Shown piece after piece: positions 37,514 to 51,537 of a stretch of 64,000 bases of DNA (position 1 is the stretch's first letter; every line of letters begins with the position of its first letter). The stretch spans positions 2,914,001 to 2,978,000 of the forward strand of contig OZ059898.1 of assembly GCA_964057225.1 (NCBI GenBank), given 5' to 3'. Both the position numbers and the translations under genes were made by a program. Below the pieces are notes generated by a model. It ran no database searches, had not been told where the DNA came from, and saw only the letters and a program-made list of their open reading frames with translations. The stretch comes from Auanema rhodensis (lineage: Eukaryota > Animalia > Nematoda).

Positions 37514-40500
37514 TCGATCTGTGTTATCAGATTTGCGCTAGCTTAAAAATGCACCGAGATATCAACTGATATAAGTTCACACTTATATCCTCGATTTTCA
37601 CCCTGAAGAATTGATTTTTTCGTTGAATAACATTGTCCATCGTCTTTGCCTTGAAAAAAGGAATCTAAAAACATCTACTTTTGCTAGATTATTTTGAAAT
37701 TTCTCGAAAAAATTTTTGTCAAAATGTTTTTGGAAGCAATGTTGAGTGTACATGGAAACTCAACATACACTAATGCATAATTTTTCAAACGATCATAACT
37801 AATTTTTGTATTAAGCGTTTCTCAATGTAGTATAGTGCATTCGATGCGGATTTTTAAGCTGCGTCGATCTGTGTTATCAGATTTGCGCTAGCTTAAAAAT
37901 GCACCGAGATATCAACTGATATAAGTTCACACTTATATCCTCGATTTTCACCCTGAAGAATTGATTTTTTCGTTGAATAACATTGTCCATCGTCTTTGCC
38001 TTGAAAAAAGGAATCTAAAAACATCTACTCTTTGCTAAATTATATTGAAATTTTTCGAAAAAATTTTTGTCAAAATGTTTTTGGAAGCAATGTTGAGTGT
38101 ACATGGAAACTCAACATACACTAATGCATCATTTTTTAAACGATAATAACTAATTTTTTTATTAAGCGTTTTTCAATGTAGTATAGTGCATTCGATGCGG
38201 ATTTTTAAGCTGCGTCGATCTGTGTTATCAGATTTGCGCTAGCTTAAAAATGCACCAAGATATCAACTGATATAAGTTCACACTTATATCCTCGATTTTC
38301 ACCCTGAAGAATTAATTTTTTCGTTGAATAACATTGTCCATCGTCTTTGCCTTGAAAAAAGAAATCTAAAAACATCTACTTTTTGCTAAATTATATTGAA
38401 ATTTTTCGAAAAAATTTTTGTCAAAATGTTTTTGGAAGCAATGTTGAGTGTACATGGAAACTCAACATACACTAACGCATAATTTTTCAAACGATCATAA
38501 CTAATTTTTGTATTAAGCGTTTCTCAATGTAGTATAGTGCATTCGATGCGGATTTTTAAGCTGCGTCGATCTGTGTTATCAGATTTGCGCTAGCTTAAAA
38601 ATGCACCAAGATATCAACTGATATAAGTTCACACTTATATCCTCGATTTTCACCCTGAAGAATTAATTTTTTCGTTGAATAACATTGTCCATCGTCTTTG
38701 CCTTGAAAAATGGAATCTAAAAACATCTACTTTTTGCTAAATTATTTTGAAATTTTTCGAAAAAATTTTTGTCAAAATGTTTTTGGAAGCAATGTTGAGT
38801 GTACATGGAAACTCAACATACACTAATGCATCATTTTTCAAACGATCATAACTAATTTTTCTATAAAGCGTTTCTCAATGTAGTATAGTGCATTCGATGC
38901 GGATTTTTAAGCTGCGTCGATCTGTGTTATCAGATTTGCGCTAGCTTAAAAATGCACCGAGATATCAACTGATATAAGTTCACACTTATATCCTCGATTT
39001 TCACCCTGAAGAATTGATTTTTTCGTTGAATAACATTGTCCATCGTCTTTGCCTTGAAAAAAGGAATCTAAAAACATCTACTTTTGCTAGATTATTTTGA
39101 AATTTCTCGAAAAAATTTTTGTCAAAATGTTTTTGGAAGCAATGTTGAGTGTACATGGAAACTCAACATACACTAATGCATAATTTTTCAAACGATCATA
39201 ACTAATTTTTGTATTAAGCGTTTCTCAATGTAGTATAGTGCATTCGATGCGGATTTTTAAGCTACGTCGATCTGTGTTATCAGATTTGCGCTAGCTTAAA
39301 AATGCACCGAGATATCAACTGATATAAGTTCACACTTATATCCTCGATTTTCACCCTGAAGAATTGATTTTTTCGTTGAATAACATTGTCCATCGTCTTT
39401 GCCTTGAAAAAAGGAATCTAAAAACATCTACTTTTTGCTAAATTATATTGAAATTTTTCGAAAAAATTTTTGTCAAAATGTTTTTGGAAGCAATGTTGAG
39501 TGTACATGGAAACTCAACATACACTAATGCATCATTTTTTAAACGATCATAACTAATTTTTTTATTAAGCGTTTTTCAATGTAGTATAGTGCATTCGATG
39601 CGGATTTTTAAGCTGCGTCGATCTGTGTTATCAGATTTGCGCTAGCTTAAAAATGCACCGAGATATCAACTGATATAAGTTCACACTTATATCCTCGATT
39701 TTCACCCTGAAGAATTAATTTTTTCGTTGAATAACATTGTCCATCGTCTTTGCCTTGAAAAAAGAAATCTAAAAACATCTACTTTTTGCTAAATTATATT
39801 GAAATTTTTCGAAAAAATTTTTGTCAAAATGTTTTTGGAAGCAATGTTGAGTGTACATGGAAACTCAACATACACTAATGCATCATTTTTTAAACGATCA
39901 TAACTAATTTTTTTATTAAGCGTTTTTCAATGTAGTATAGTGCATTCGATGCGGATTTTTAAGCTGCGTCGATCTGTGTTATCAGATTTGCGCTAGCTTA
40001 AAAATGCACCAAGATATCAACTGATATAAGTTCACACTTATATCCTCGATTTTCACCCTGAAGAATTAATTTTTTCGTTGAATAACATTGTCCATCGTCT
40101 TTGCCTTGAAAAAAGGAATCTAAAAACATCTACTTTTGCTAGATTATTTTGAAATTTTTCGAAAAAATTTTTGTCAAAATGTTTTTGGAAGCAATGTTGA
40201 GTGTACATGGAAACTCAACATACACTAATGCATCATTTTTTAAACGATCATAACTAATTTTTCTATAAAGCGTTTTTCAATGTAGTATAGTGCATTCGAT
40301 GCGGATTTTTAAGCTGCGTCGATCTGTGTTATCAGATTTGCGCTAGCTTAAAAATGCACCAAGATATCAACTGATATAAGTTCACACTTATATCCTCGAT
40401 TTTCACCCTGAAGAATTAATTTTTTCGTTGAATAACATTGTCCATCGTCTTTGCCTTGAAAAAAGGAATCTAAAAACATCTACTTTTGCTAGATTATTTT

Positions 40501-43500
40501 GAAATTTTTCGAAAAAATTTTTGTCAAAATGTTTTTGGAAGCAATGTTGAGTGTACATGGAAACTCAACATACACTAATGCATCATTTTTCAAACGATCA
40601 TAACTAATTTTTCTATAAAGCGTTTTTCAATGTAGTATAGTGCATTCGATGCGGATTTTTAAGCTGCGTCGATCTGTGTTATCAGATTTGCGCTAGCTTA
40701 AAAATGCACCGAGATATCAACTGATATAAGTTCACACTTATATCCTCGATTTTCACCCTGAAGAATTGATTTTTTCGTTGAATAACATTGTCCATCGTCT
40801 TTGCCTTGAAAAAAGGAATCTAAAAACATCTACTTTTGCTAGATTATTTTGAAATTTTTCGAAAAAATTTTTGTCAAAATGTTTTTGGAAGCAATGTTTA
40901 GTGTACATGGAAACTCAACATACACTAATGCATAATTTTTCAAACGATCATAACTAATTTTTGTATTAAGCGTTTCTCAATGTAGTATAGTGCATTCGAT
41001 GCGGATTTTTAAGCTGCGTCGATCTGTGTTATCAGATTTGCGCTAGCTTAAAAATGCACCGAGATATCAACTGATATAAGTTCACACTTATATCCTCGAT
41101 TTTCACCCTGAAGAATTGATTTTTTCGTTGAATAACATTGTCCATCGTCTTTGCCTTGAAAAAAGGAATCTAAAAACATCTACTTTTGCTAGATTATTTT
41201 GAAATTTTTCGAAAAAATTTTTGTCAAAATGTTTTTGGAAGCAATGTTGAGTGTACATGGAAACTCAACATACACTAATGCATCATTTTTTAAACGATCA
41301 TAACTAATTTTTTTATTAAGCGTTTTTCAATGTAGTATAGTGCATTCGATGCGGATTTTTAAGCTGCGTCGATCTGTGTTATCAGATTTGCGCTAGCTTA
41401 AAAATGCACCGAGATATCAACTGATATAAGTTCACACTTATATCCTCGATTTTCACCCTGAAGAATTGATTTTTTCGTTGAATAACATTGTCCATCGTCT
41501 TTGCCTTGAAAAAAGGAATCTAAAAACATCTACTTTTGCTAGATTATTTTGAAATTTCTCGAAAAAATTTTTGTCAAAATGTTTTTGGAAGCAATGTTGA
41601 GTGTACATGGAAACTCAACATACACTAATGCATAATTTTTCAAACGATCATAACTAATTTTTGTATTAAGCGTTTCTCAATGTAGTATAGTGCATTCGAT
41701 GCGGATTTTTAAGCTGCGTCGATCTGTGTTATCAGATTTGCGCTAGCTTAAAAATGCACCGAGATATCAACTGATATAAGTTCACACTTATATCCTCGAT
41801 TTTCACCCTGAAGAATTGATTTTTTCGTTGAATAACATTGTCCATCGTCTTTGCCTTGAAAAAAGGAATCTAAAAACATCTACTCTTTGCTAAATTATAT
41901 TGAAATTTTTCGAAAAAATTTTTGTCAAAATGTTTTTGGAAGCAATGTTGAGTGTACATGGAAACTCAACATACACTAATGCATCATTTTTTAAACGATC
42001 ATAACTAATTTTTTTATTAAGCGTTTTTCAATGTAGTATAGTGCATTCGATGCGGATTTTTAAGCTGCGTCGATCTGTGTTATCAGATTTGCGCTAGCTT
42101 AAAAATGCACCAAGATATCAACTGATATAAGTTCACACTTATATCCTCGATTTTCACCCTGAAGAATTAATTTTTTCGTTGAATAACATTGTCCATCGTC
42201 TTTGCCTTGAAAAAAGAAATCTAAAAACATCTACTTTTTGCTAAATTATATTGAAATTTTTCGAAAAAATTTTTGTCAAAATGTTTTTGGAAGCAATGTT
42301 GAGTGTACATGGAAACTCAACATACACTAACGCAAAATTTTTCAAACGATCATAACTAATTTTTGTATTAAGCGTTTCTCAATGTAGTATAGTGCATTCG
42401 ATGCGGATTTTTAAGCTGCGTCGATCTGTGTTATCAGATTTGCGCTAGCTTAAAAATGCACCAAGATATCAACTGATATAAGTTCACACTTATATCCTCG
42501 ATTTTCACCCTGAAGAATTAATTTTTTCGTTGAATAACATTGTCCATCGTCTTTGCCTTGAAAAATGGAATCTAAAAACATCTACTTTTTGCTAAATTAT
42601 TTTGAAATTTTTCGAAAAAATTTTTGTCAAAATGTTTTTGGAAGCAATGTTGAGTGTACATGGAAACTCAACATACACTAATGCATCATTTTTCAAACGA
42701 TCATAACTAATTTTTCTATAAAGCGTTTCTCAATGTAGTATAGTGCATTCGATGCGGATTTTTAAGCTGCGTCGATCTGTGTTATCAGATTTGCGCTAGC
42801 TTAAAAATGCACCGAGATATCAACTGATATAAGTTCACACTTATATCCTCGATTTTCACCCTGAAGAATTGATTTTTTCGTTGAATAACATTGTCCATCG
42901 TCTTTGCCTTGAAAAAAGGAATCTAAAAACATCTACTTTTGCTAGATTATTTTGAAATTTCTCGAAAAAATTTTTGTCAAAATGTTTTTGGAAGCAATGT
43001 TGAGTGTACATGGAAACTCAACATACACTAATGCATAATTTTTCAAACGATCATAACTAATTTTTGTATTAAGCGTTTCTCAATGTAGTATAGTGCATTC
43101 GATGCGGATTTTTAAGCTACGTCGATCTGTGTTATCAGATTTGCGCTAGCTTAAAAATGCACCGAGATATCAACTGATATAAGTTCACACTTATATCCTC
43201 GATTTTCACCCTGAAGAATTGATTTTTTCGTTGAATAACATTGTCCATCGTCTTTGCCTTGAAAAAAGGAATCTAAAAACATCTACTTTTTGCTAAATTA
43301 TATTGAAATTTTTCGAAAAAATTTTTGTCAAAATGTTTTTGGAAGCAATGTTGAGTGTACATGGAAACTCAACATACACTAATGCATCATTTTTTAAACG
43401 ATCATAACTAATTTTTTTATTAAGCGTTTTTCAATGTAGTATAGTGCATTCGATGCGGATTTTTAAGCTGCGTCGATCTGTGTTATCAGATTTGCGCTAG

Positions 43501-45040
43501 CTTAAAAATGCACCGAGATATCAACTGATATAAGTTCACACTTATATCCTCGATTTTCACCCTGAAGAATTAATTTTTTCGTTGAATAACATTGTCCATC
43601 GTCTTTGCCTTGAAAAAAGAAATCTAAAAACATCTACTTTTTGCTAAATTATATTGAAATTTTTCGAAAAAATTTTTGTCAAAATGTTTTTGGAAGCAAT
43701 GTTGAGTGTACATGGAAACTCAACATACACTAATGCATCATTTTTTAAACGATCATAACTAATTTTTTTATTAAGCGTTTTTCAATGTAGTATAGTGCAT
43801 TCGATGCGGATTTTTAAGCTGCGTCGATCTGTGTTATCAGATTTGCGCTAGCTTAAAAATGCACCAAGATATCAACTGATATAAGTTCACACTTATATCC
43901 TCGATTTTCACCCTGAAGAATTAATTTTTTCGTTGAATAACATTGTCCATCGTCTTTGCCTTGAAAAAAGGAATCTAAAAACATCTACTTTTGCTAGATT
44001 ATTTTGAAATTTTTCGAAAAAATTTTTGTCAAAATGTTTTTGGAAGCAATGTTGAGTGTACATGGAAACTCAACATACACTAATGCATCATTTTTTAAAC
44101 GATCATAACTAATTTTTCTATAAAGCGTTTTTCAATGTAGTATAGTGCATTCGATGCGGATTTTTAAGCTGCGTCGATCTGTGTTATCAGATTTGCGCTA
44201 GCTTAAAAATGCACCAAGATATCAACTGATATAAGTTCACACTTATATCCTCGATTTTCACCCTGAAGAATTAATTTTTTCGTTGAATAACATTGTCCAT
44301 CGTCTTTGCCTTGAAAAAAGGAATCTAAAAACATCTACTTTTGCTAGATTATTTTGAAATTTTTCGAAAAAATTTTTGTCAAAATGTTTTTGGAAGCAAT
44401 GTTGAGTGTACATGGAAACTCAACATACACTAATGCATCATTTTTCAAACGATCATAACTAATTTTTCTATAAAGCGTTTTTCAATGTAGTATAGTGCAT
44501 TCGATGCGGATTTTTAAGCTGCGTCGATCTGTGTTATCAGATTTGCGCTAGCTTAAAAATGCACCGAGATATCAACTGATATAAGTTCACACTTATATCC
44601 TCGATTTTCACCCTGAAGAATTGATTTTTTCGTTGAATAACATTGTCCATCGTCTTTGCCTTGAAAAAAGGAATCTAAAAACATCTACTTTTGCTAGATT
44701 ATTTTGAAATTTTTCGAAAAAATTTTTGTCAAAATGTTTTTGGAAGCAATGTTTAGTGTACATGGAAACTCAACATACACTAATGCATAATTTTTCAAAC
44801 GATCATAACTAATTTTTGTATTAAGCGTTTCTCAATGTAGTATAGTGCATTCGATGCGGATTTTTAAGCTGCGTCGATCTGTGTTATCAGATTTGCGCTA
44901 GCTTAAAAATGCACCGAGATATCAACTGATATAAGTTCACACTTATATCCTCGATTTTCACCCTGAAGAATTGATTTTTTCGTTGAATAACATTGTCCAT
45001 CGTCTTTGCCTTGAAAAAAGGAATCTAAAAACATCTACTT
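37514..45040. repeat. Tandem 11-mer duplication (3855-bp period)
   Basis: Markers TACTCTTT, CTAACGCA, GCTACG (39264/43119) and TGTTTAGT (40899/44754) are each offset by 3855 = 5x351 + 6x350. The right end is approximate. Confidence 0.92.
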
Positions 45041-45224
45041 TTTGCTAAATTATATTGAAATTTTTCGAAAAAATTTTTGTCAAAATGTTTTTGGAAGCAA
45101 TGTTGAGTGTACATGGAAACTCAACATACACTAATGCATCATTTTTTAAACGATCATAACTAATTTTTTTATTAAGCGTTTTTCAATGTAGTATAGTGCA
45201 TTCGATGCGGATTTTTAAGCTGCG

Positions 45225-48200
45225 TCGATCTGTGTTATCAGATTTGCGCTAGCTTAAAAATGCACCGAGATATCAACTGATATAAGTTCACACTTATATC
45301 CTCGATTTTCACCCTGAAGAATTAATTTTTTCGTTGAATAACAATGTCCATCGTCTTTGCCTTGAAAAAAGGAATCTAAAAACATCTACTTTTTGCTAAA
45401 TTATTTCGAAATTTTTCGAAAAAATTTTTGTCAAAATGTTTTTGGAAGCAATGTTGAGTGTACATGGAAACTCAACATACACTAATGCATCATTTTTTAA
45501 ACGATCATAACTAATTTTTTTATTAAGCGTTTTTCAATGTAGTATAGTGCATTCGATGCGGATTTTTAAGCTGCGTCGATCTGTGTTATCAGATTTGCGC
45601 TAGCTTAAAAATGCACCGAGATATCAACTGATATAAGTTCACACTTATATCCTCGATTTTCACCCTGAAGAATTGATTTTTTCGTTGAATAACATTGTCC
45701 ATCGTCTTTGCCTTGAAAAAAGGAATCTAAAAACATCTACTTTTGCTAGATTATTTTGAAATTTTTCGAAAAAATTTTTGTCAAAATGTTTTTGGAAGCA
45801 ATGTTGAGTGTACATGGAAACTCAACATACACTAATGCATCATTTTTTAAACGATCATAACTAATTTTTTTATTAAGCGTTTTTCAATGTAGTATAGTGC
45901 ATTCGATGCAGATTTTTAAGCTGCGTCGATCTGTGTTATCAGATTTGCGCTAGCTTAAAAATGCACCGAGATATCAACTGATATAAGTTCACACTTATAT
46001 CCTCGATTTTCACCCTGAAGAATTAATTTTTTCGTTGAATAACAATGTCCATCGTCTTTGCCTTAAAAAAAGGAATCTAAAAACATCTACTTTTGCTAGA
46101 TTATTTTGAAATTTCTCGAAAACATTTTTGTCAAAATGTTTTTGGAAGCAATGTTGAGTGTACATAGAAACTCAACATACACTAATGCATAATTTTTCAA
46201 ACGATCATAACTAATTTTTGTATTAAGCGTTTTTCAATGTAGTATAGTGCATTCGATGCGGATTTTTAAGCTGCGTCGATCTGTGTTATCAGATTTGCGC
46301 TAGCTTAAAAATAAACCGAGATATCAACTGATATAAGTTCACACTTATATCCTCGATTTTCACCCTGAAGAATTAATTTTTTCGTTGAATAACAATGTCC
46401 ATCGTCTTTGCCTTGAAAAAAGGAATCTAAAAACATCTACTTTTTGCTAAATTATTTTGAAATTTTTCGAAAAAATTTTTGTCAAAATGTTTTTGGAAGC
46501 AATGTTGAGTGTACATGGAAACTCAACATACACTAATGCATCATTTTTCAAACGATCATAACTAATTTTTGTATTAAGCGTTTCTCAATGTAGTATAGTG
46601 CATTCGATGCGGATTTTTAAGCTGCGTCGATCTGTGTTATCAGATTTGCGCTAGCTTAAAAATGCACCGAGATATCAACTGATATAAGTTCACACTTATA
46701 TCCTCGATTTTCACCCTGAAGAATTAATTTTTTCGTTGAATAACAATGTCCATCGTCTTTGCCTTGAAAAAAGGAATCTAAAAACATCTACGTTTTGCTA
46801 AATTATTTCGAAATTTTTCGAAAAAATTTTTGTCAAAATGTTTTTGGAAGCAATGTTGAGTGTACATGGAAACTCAACATACACTAATGCATCATTTTTT
46901 AAACGATCATAACTAATTTTTTTATTAAGCGTTTTTCAATGCAGTATAGTGCATTCGATGCGGATTTTTAAGCTGCGTCGATCTGTGTTATCAGATTTGC
47001 GCTAGCTTAAAAATGCACCGAGATATCAACTGATATAAGTTCACACTTATATCCTCGATTTTCACCCTGAAGAATTAATTTTTTCGTTGAATAACAATGT
47101 CCATCGTCTTTGCCTTGAAAAAAGGAATCTAAAAACATCTACTTTTCGCTAAATTATTTCGAAATTTTTCGAAAAAATTTTTGTCAAAATGTTTTTGGAA
47201 GCAATGTTGAGTGTACATGGAAACTCAACATACACTAATGCATCATTTTTTAAACGATCATAACTAATTTTTTTATTAAGCGTTTTTCAATGTAGTATAG
47301 TGCATTCGATGCGGATTTTTAAGCTGCGTCGATCTGTGTTATCAGATTTGCGCTAGCTTAAAAATGCACCGAGATATCAACTGATATAAGTTCACACTTA
47401 TATCCTCGATTTTCACCCTGAAGAATTGATTTTTTCGTTGAATAACATTGTCCATCGTCTTTGCCTTGAAAAAAGGAATCTAAAAACATCTACTTTTGCT
47501 AGATTATTTTGAAATTTTTCGAAAAAATTTTTGTCAAAATGTTTTTGGAAGCAATGTTGAGTGTACATGGAAACTCAACATACACTAATGCATCATTTTT
47601 TAAACGATCATAACTAATTTTTTTATTAAGCGTTTTTCAATGTAGTATAGTGCATTCGATGCGGATTTTTAAGCTGCGTCGATCTGTGTTATCAGATTTG
47701 CGCTAGCTTAAAAATGCACCGAGATATCAACTGATATAAGTTCACACTTATATCCTCGATTTTCACCCTGAAGAATTAATTTTTTCGTTGAATAACAATG
47801 TCCATCGTCTTTGCCTTAAAAAAAGGAATCTAAAAACATCTACTTTTGCTAGATTATTTTGAAATTTCTCGAAAACATTTTTGTCAAAATGTTTTTGGAA
47901 GCAATGTTGAGTGTACATAGAAACTCAACATACACTAATGCATAATTTTTCAAACGATCATAACTAATTTTTGTATTAAGCGTTTTTCAATGTAGTATAG
48001 TGCATTCGATGCGGATTTTTAAGCTGCGTCGATCTGTGTTATCAGATTTGCGCTAGCTTAAAAATAAACCGAGATATCAACTGATATAAGTTCACACTTA
48101 TATCCTCGATTTTCACCCTGAAGAATTAATTTTTTCGTTGAATAACAATGTCCATCGTCTTTGCCTTGAAAAAAGGAATCTAAAAACATCTACTTTTTGC

Positions 48201-48729
48201 TAAATTATTTTGAAATTTTTCGAAAAAATTTTTGTCAAAATGTTTTTGGAATCAATGTTGAGTGTACATGGAAACTCAACATACACTAATGCATCATTTT
48301 TCAAACGATCATAACTAATTTTTGTATTAAGCGTTTCTCAATGTAGTATAGTGCATTCGATGCGGATTTTTAAGCTGCGTCGATCTGTGTTATCAGATTT
48401 GCGCTAGCTTAAAAATGCACCGAGATATCAACTGATATAAGTTCACACTTATATCCTCGATTTTCACCCTGAAGAATTAATTTTTTCGTTGAATAACAAT
48501 GTCCATCGTCTTTGCCTTGAAAAAAGGAATCTAAAAACATCTACTTTTTGCTAAATTATTTCGAAATTTTTCGAAAAAATTTTTGTCAAAATGTTTTTGG
48601 AAGCAATGTTGAGTGTACATGGAAACTCAACATACACTAATGCATCATTTTTTAAACGATCATAACTAATTTTTTATTAAGCGTTTTTCAATGCAGTATA
48701 GTGCATTCGATGCGGATTTTTAAGCTGCG
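45225..48729. repeat. Tandem 5-mer duplication (1753-bp period)
   Basis: Markers ATTTCGAA, TTGATT, GAAAACATT, AATAAACC and ATGCAG occur in the same order from 45225 and from 46978. Confidence 0.88.
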
Positions 48730-50133
48730 TCGATCTGTGTTATCAGATTTGCGCTAGCTTAAAAATGCACCGAGATATCAACTGATATAAGTTCACACTT
48801 ATATCCTCGATTTTCACCCTGAAGAATTAATTTTTTCGTTGAATAACATTGTCCATCGTCTTTGCCTTGAAAAAAGGAATCTAAAAACATCTACTTTTTG
48901 CTAAATTATATTGAAATTTTTCGAAAAAATTTTTGTCAAAATGTTTTTGGAAGCAATGTTGAGTGTACATGGAAACTCAACATACACTAATGCATCATTT
49001 TTCAAACGATCATAACTAATTTTTCTATAAAGCGTTTTTCAATGCAGTATAGTGCATTCGATGCGGATTTTTAAGCTGCGTCGATCTGTGTTATCAGATT
49101 TGCGCTAGCTTAAAAATGCACCGAGATATCAACTGATATAAGTTCACACTTATATCCTCGATTTTCACCCTGAAGAATTAATTTTTTCGTTGAATAACAT
49201 TGTCCATCGTCTTTGCCTTGAAAAAAGGAATCTAAAAACATCTACTTTTTGCTAAATTATATTGAAATTTTTCGAAAAAATTTTTGTCAAAATGTTTTTG
49301 GAAGCAATGTTGAGTGTACATGGAAACTCAACATACACTAATGCATCATTTTTCAAACGATCATAACTAATTTTTCTATAAAGCGTTTCTCAATGTAGTA
49401 TAGTGCATTCGATGCGGATTTTTAAGCTGCGTCGATCTGTGTTATCAGATTTGCGCTAGCTTAAAAATGCACCGAGATATCAACTGATATAAGTTCACAC
49501 TTATATCCTCGATTTTCACCCTGAAGAATTAATTTTTTCGTTGAATAACATTGTCCATCGTCTTTGCCTTGAAAAAAGGAATCTAAAAACATCTACTTTT
49601 TGCTAAATTATTTTGAAATTTTTCGAAAAAATTTTTGTCAAAATGTTTTTGGAAGCAATGTTGAGTGTACATGGAAACTCAACATACACTAATGCATCAT
49701 TTTTTAAACGATCATAACTAATTTTTTTATTAAGCGTTTTTCAATGTAGTATAGTGCATTCGATGCGGATTTTTAAGCTGCGTCGATCTGTGTTATCAGA
49801 TTTGCGCTAGCTTAAAAATGCACCGAGATATCAACTGATATAAGTTCACACTTATATCCTCGATTTTCACCCTGAAGAAATAATTTTTTCGTTGAATAAC
49901 ATTGTCCATCGTCTTTGCCTTGAAAAAAGGAATCTAAAAACATCTACTTTTTGCTAAATTATTTTGAAATTTTTCGAAAAAATTTTTGTCAAAATGTTTT
50001 TGGAAGCAATGTTGAGTGTACATGGAAACTCAACATACACTAATGCATCATTTTTCAAACGATCATAACTAATTTTTCTATAAAGCGCTTCTCAATGTAG
50101 TATAGTGCATTTGATGCGGATTTTTAAGCTGCG

Positions 50134-51537
50134 TCGATCTGTGTTATCAGATTTGCGCTAGCTTAAAAATGCACCGAGATATCAACTGATATAAGTTCAC
50201 ACTTATATCCTCGATTTTCACCCTGAAGAATTAATTTTTTCGTTGAATAACATTGTCCATCGTCTTTGCCTTGAAAAAAGGAATCTAAAAACATCTACTT
50301 TTCGCTAAATTATTTTGAAATTTTTCGAAAAAATTTTTGTCAAAATGTTTTTGGAAGCAATGTTGAGTGTACATGGAAACTCAACATACACTAATGCATC
50401 ATTTTTCAAACGATCATAACTAATTTTTCTATAAAGCGTTTCTCAATGTAGTATAGTGCATTCGATGCGGATTTTTAAGCTGCGTCGATCTGTGTTATCA
50501 GATTTGCGCTAGCTTAAAAATGCACCGAGATATCAACTGATATAAGTTCACACTAAAATCCTCGATTTTCACCCTGAAGAATTAATTTTTTCGTTGAATA
50601 ACAATGTCCATCGTCTTTGCCTTGAAAAAAGAAATCTAAAAACATCTATTTTTTGCTAAATTATATTGAAATTTTTCGAAAAAATTTTTGTCAAAATGTT
50701 TTTGGAAGCAATGTTGAGTGTACATGGAAACTCAACATACACTAATGCATCATTTTTCAAACGATCATAACTAATTTTTGTATCAAGCGTTTCTCAATGT
50801 AGTATTGTGCATTCGATGCGGATTTTTAAGCTGCGTCGATCTGTGTGATCAGATTTGCGCTAGCTTAAAAATGCACCGAGATATCAACTGATATAAGTTC
50901 ACACTTATATCCTCGATTTTCACCCTGAAGAATTAATTTTTTCGTTGAATAACATTGTCCATCGTCTTTGCCTTGAAAAAAGGAATCTAAAAACATCTAC
51001 TTTTCGCTAAATTATTTTGAAATTTTTCGAAAAAATTTTTGTCAAAATGTTTTTGGAAGCAATGTTGAGTGTACATGGAAACTCAACATACACTAATGCA
51101 TCATTTTTCAAACGATCATAACTAATTTTTCTATAAAGCGTTTCTCAATGTAGTATAGTGCATTCGATGCGGATTTTTAAGCTGCGTCGATCTGTGTTAT
51201 CAGATTTGCGCTAGCTTAAAAATGCACCGAGATATCAACTGATATAAGTTCACACTAAAATCCTCGATTTTCACCCTGAAGAATTAATTTTTTCGTTGAA
51301 TAACAATGTCCATCGTCTTTGCCTTGAAAAAAGAAATCTAAAAACATCTATTTTTTGCTAAATTATATTGAAATTTTTCGAAAAAATTTTTGTCAAAATG
51401 TTTTTGGAAGCAATGTTGAGTGTACATGGAAACTCAACATACACTAATGCATCATTTTTCAAACGATCATAACTAATTTTTGTATCAAGCGTTTCTCAAT
51501 GTAGTATTGTGCATTCGATGCGGATTTTTAAGCTGCG
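50134..51537. repeat. Tandem 2-mer duplication (702-bp period)
   Basis: A TTTTCGCT monomer followed by a CTAAAATC/GTATTGTG monomer at 50134 and again at 50836. Confidence 0.85.
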
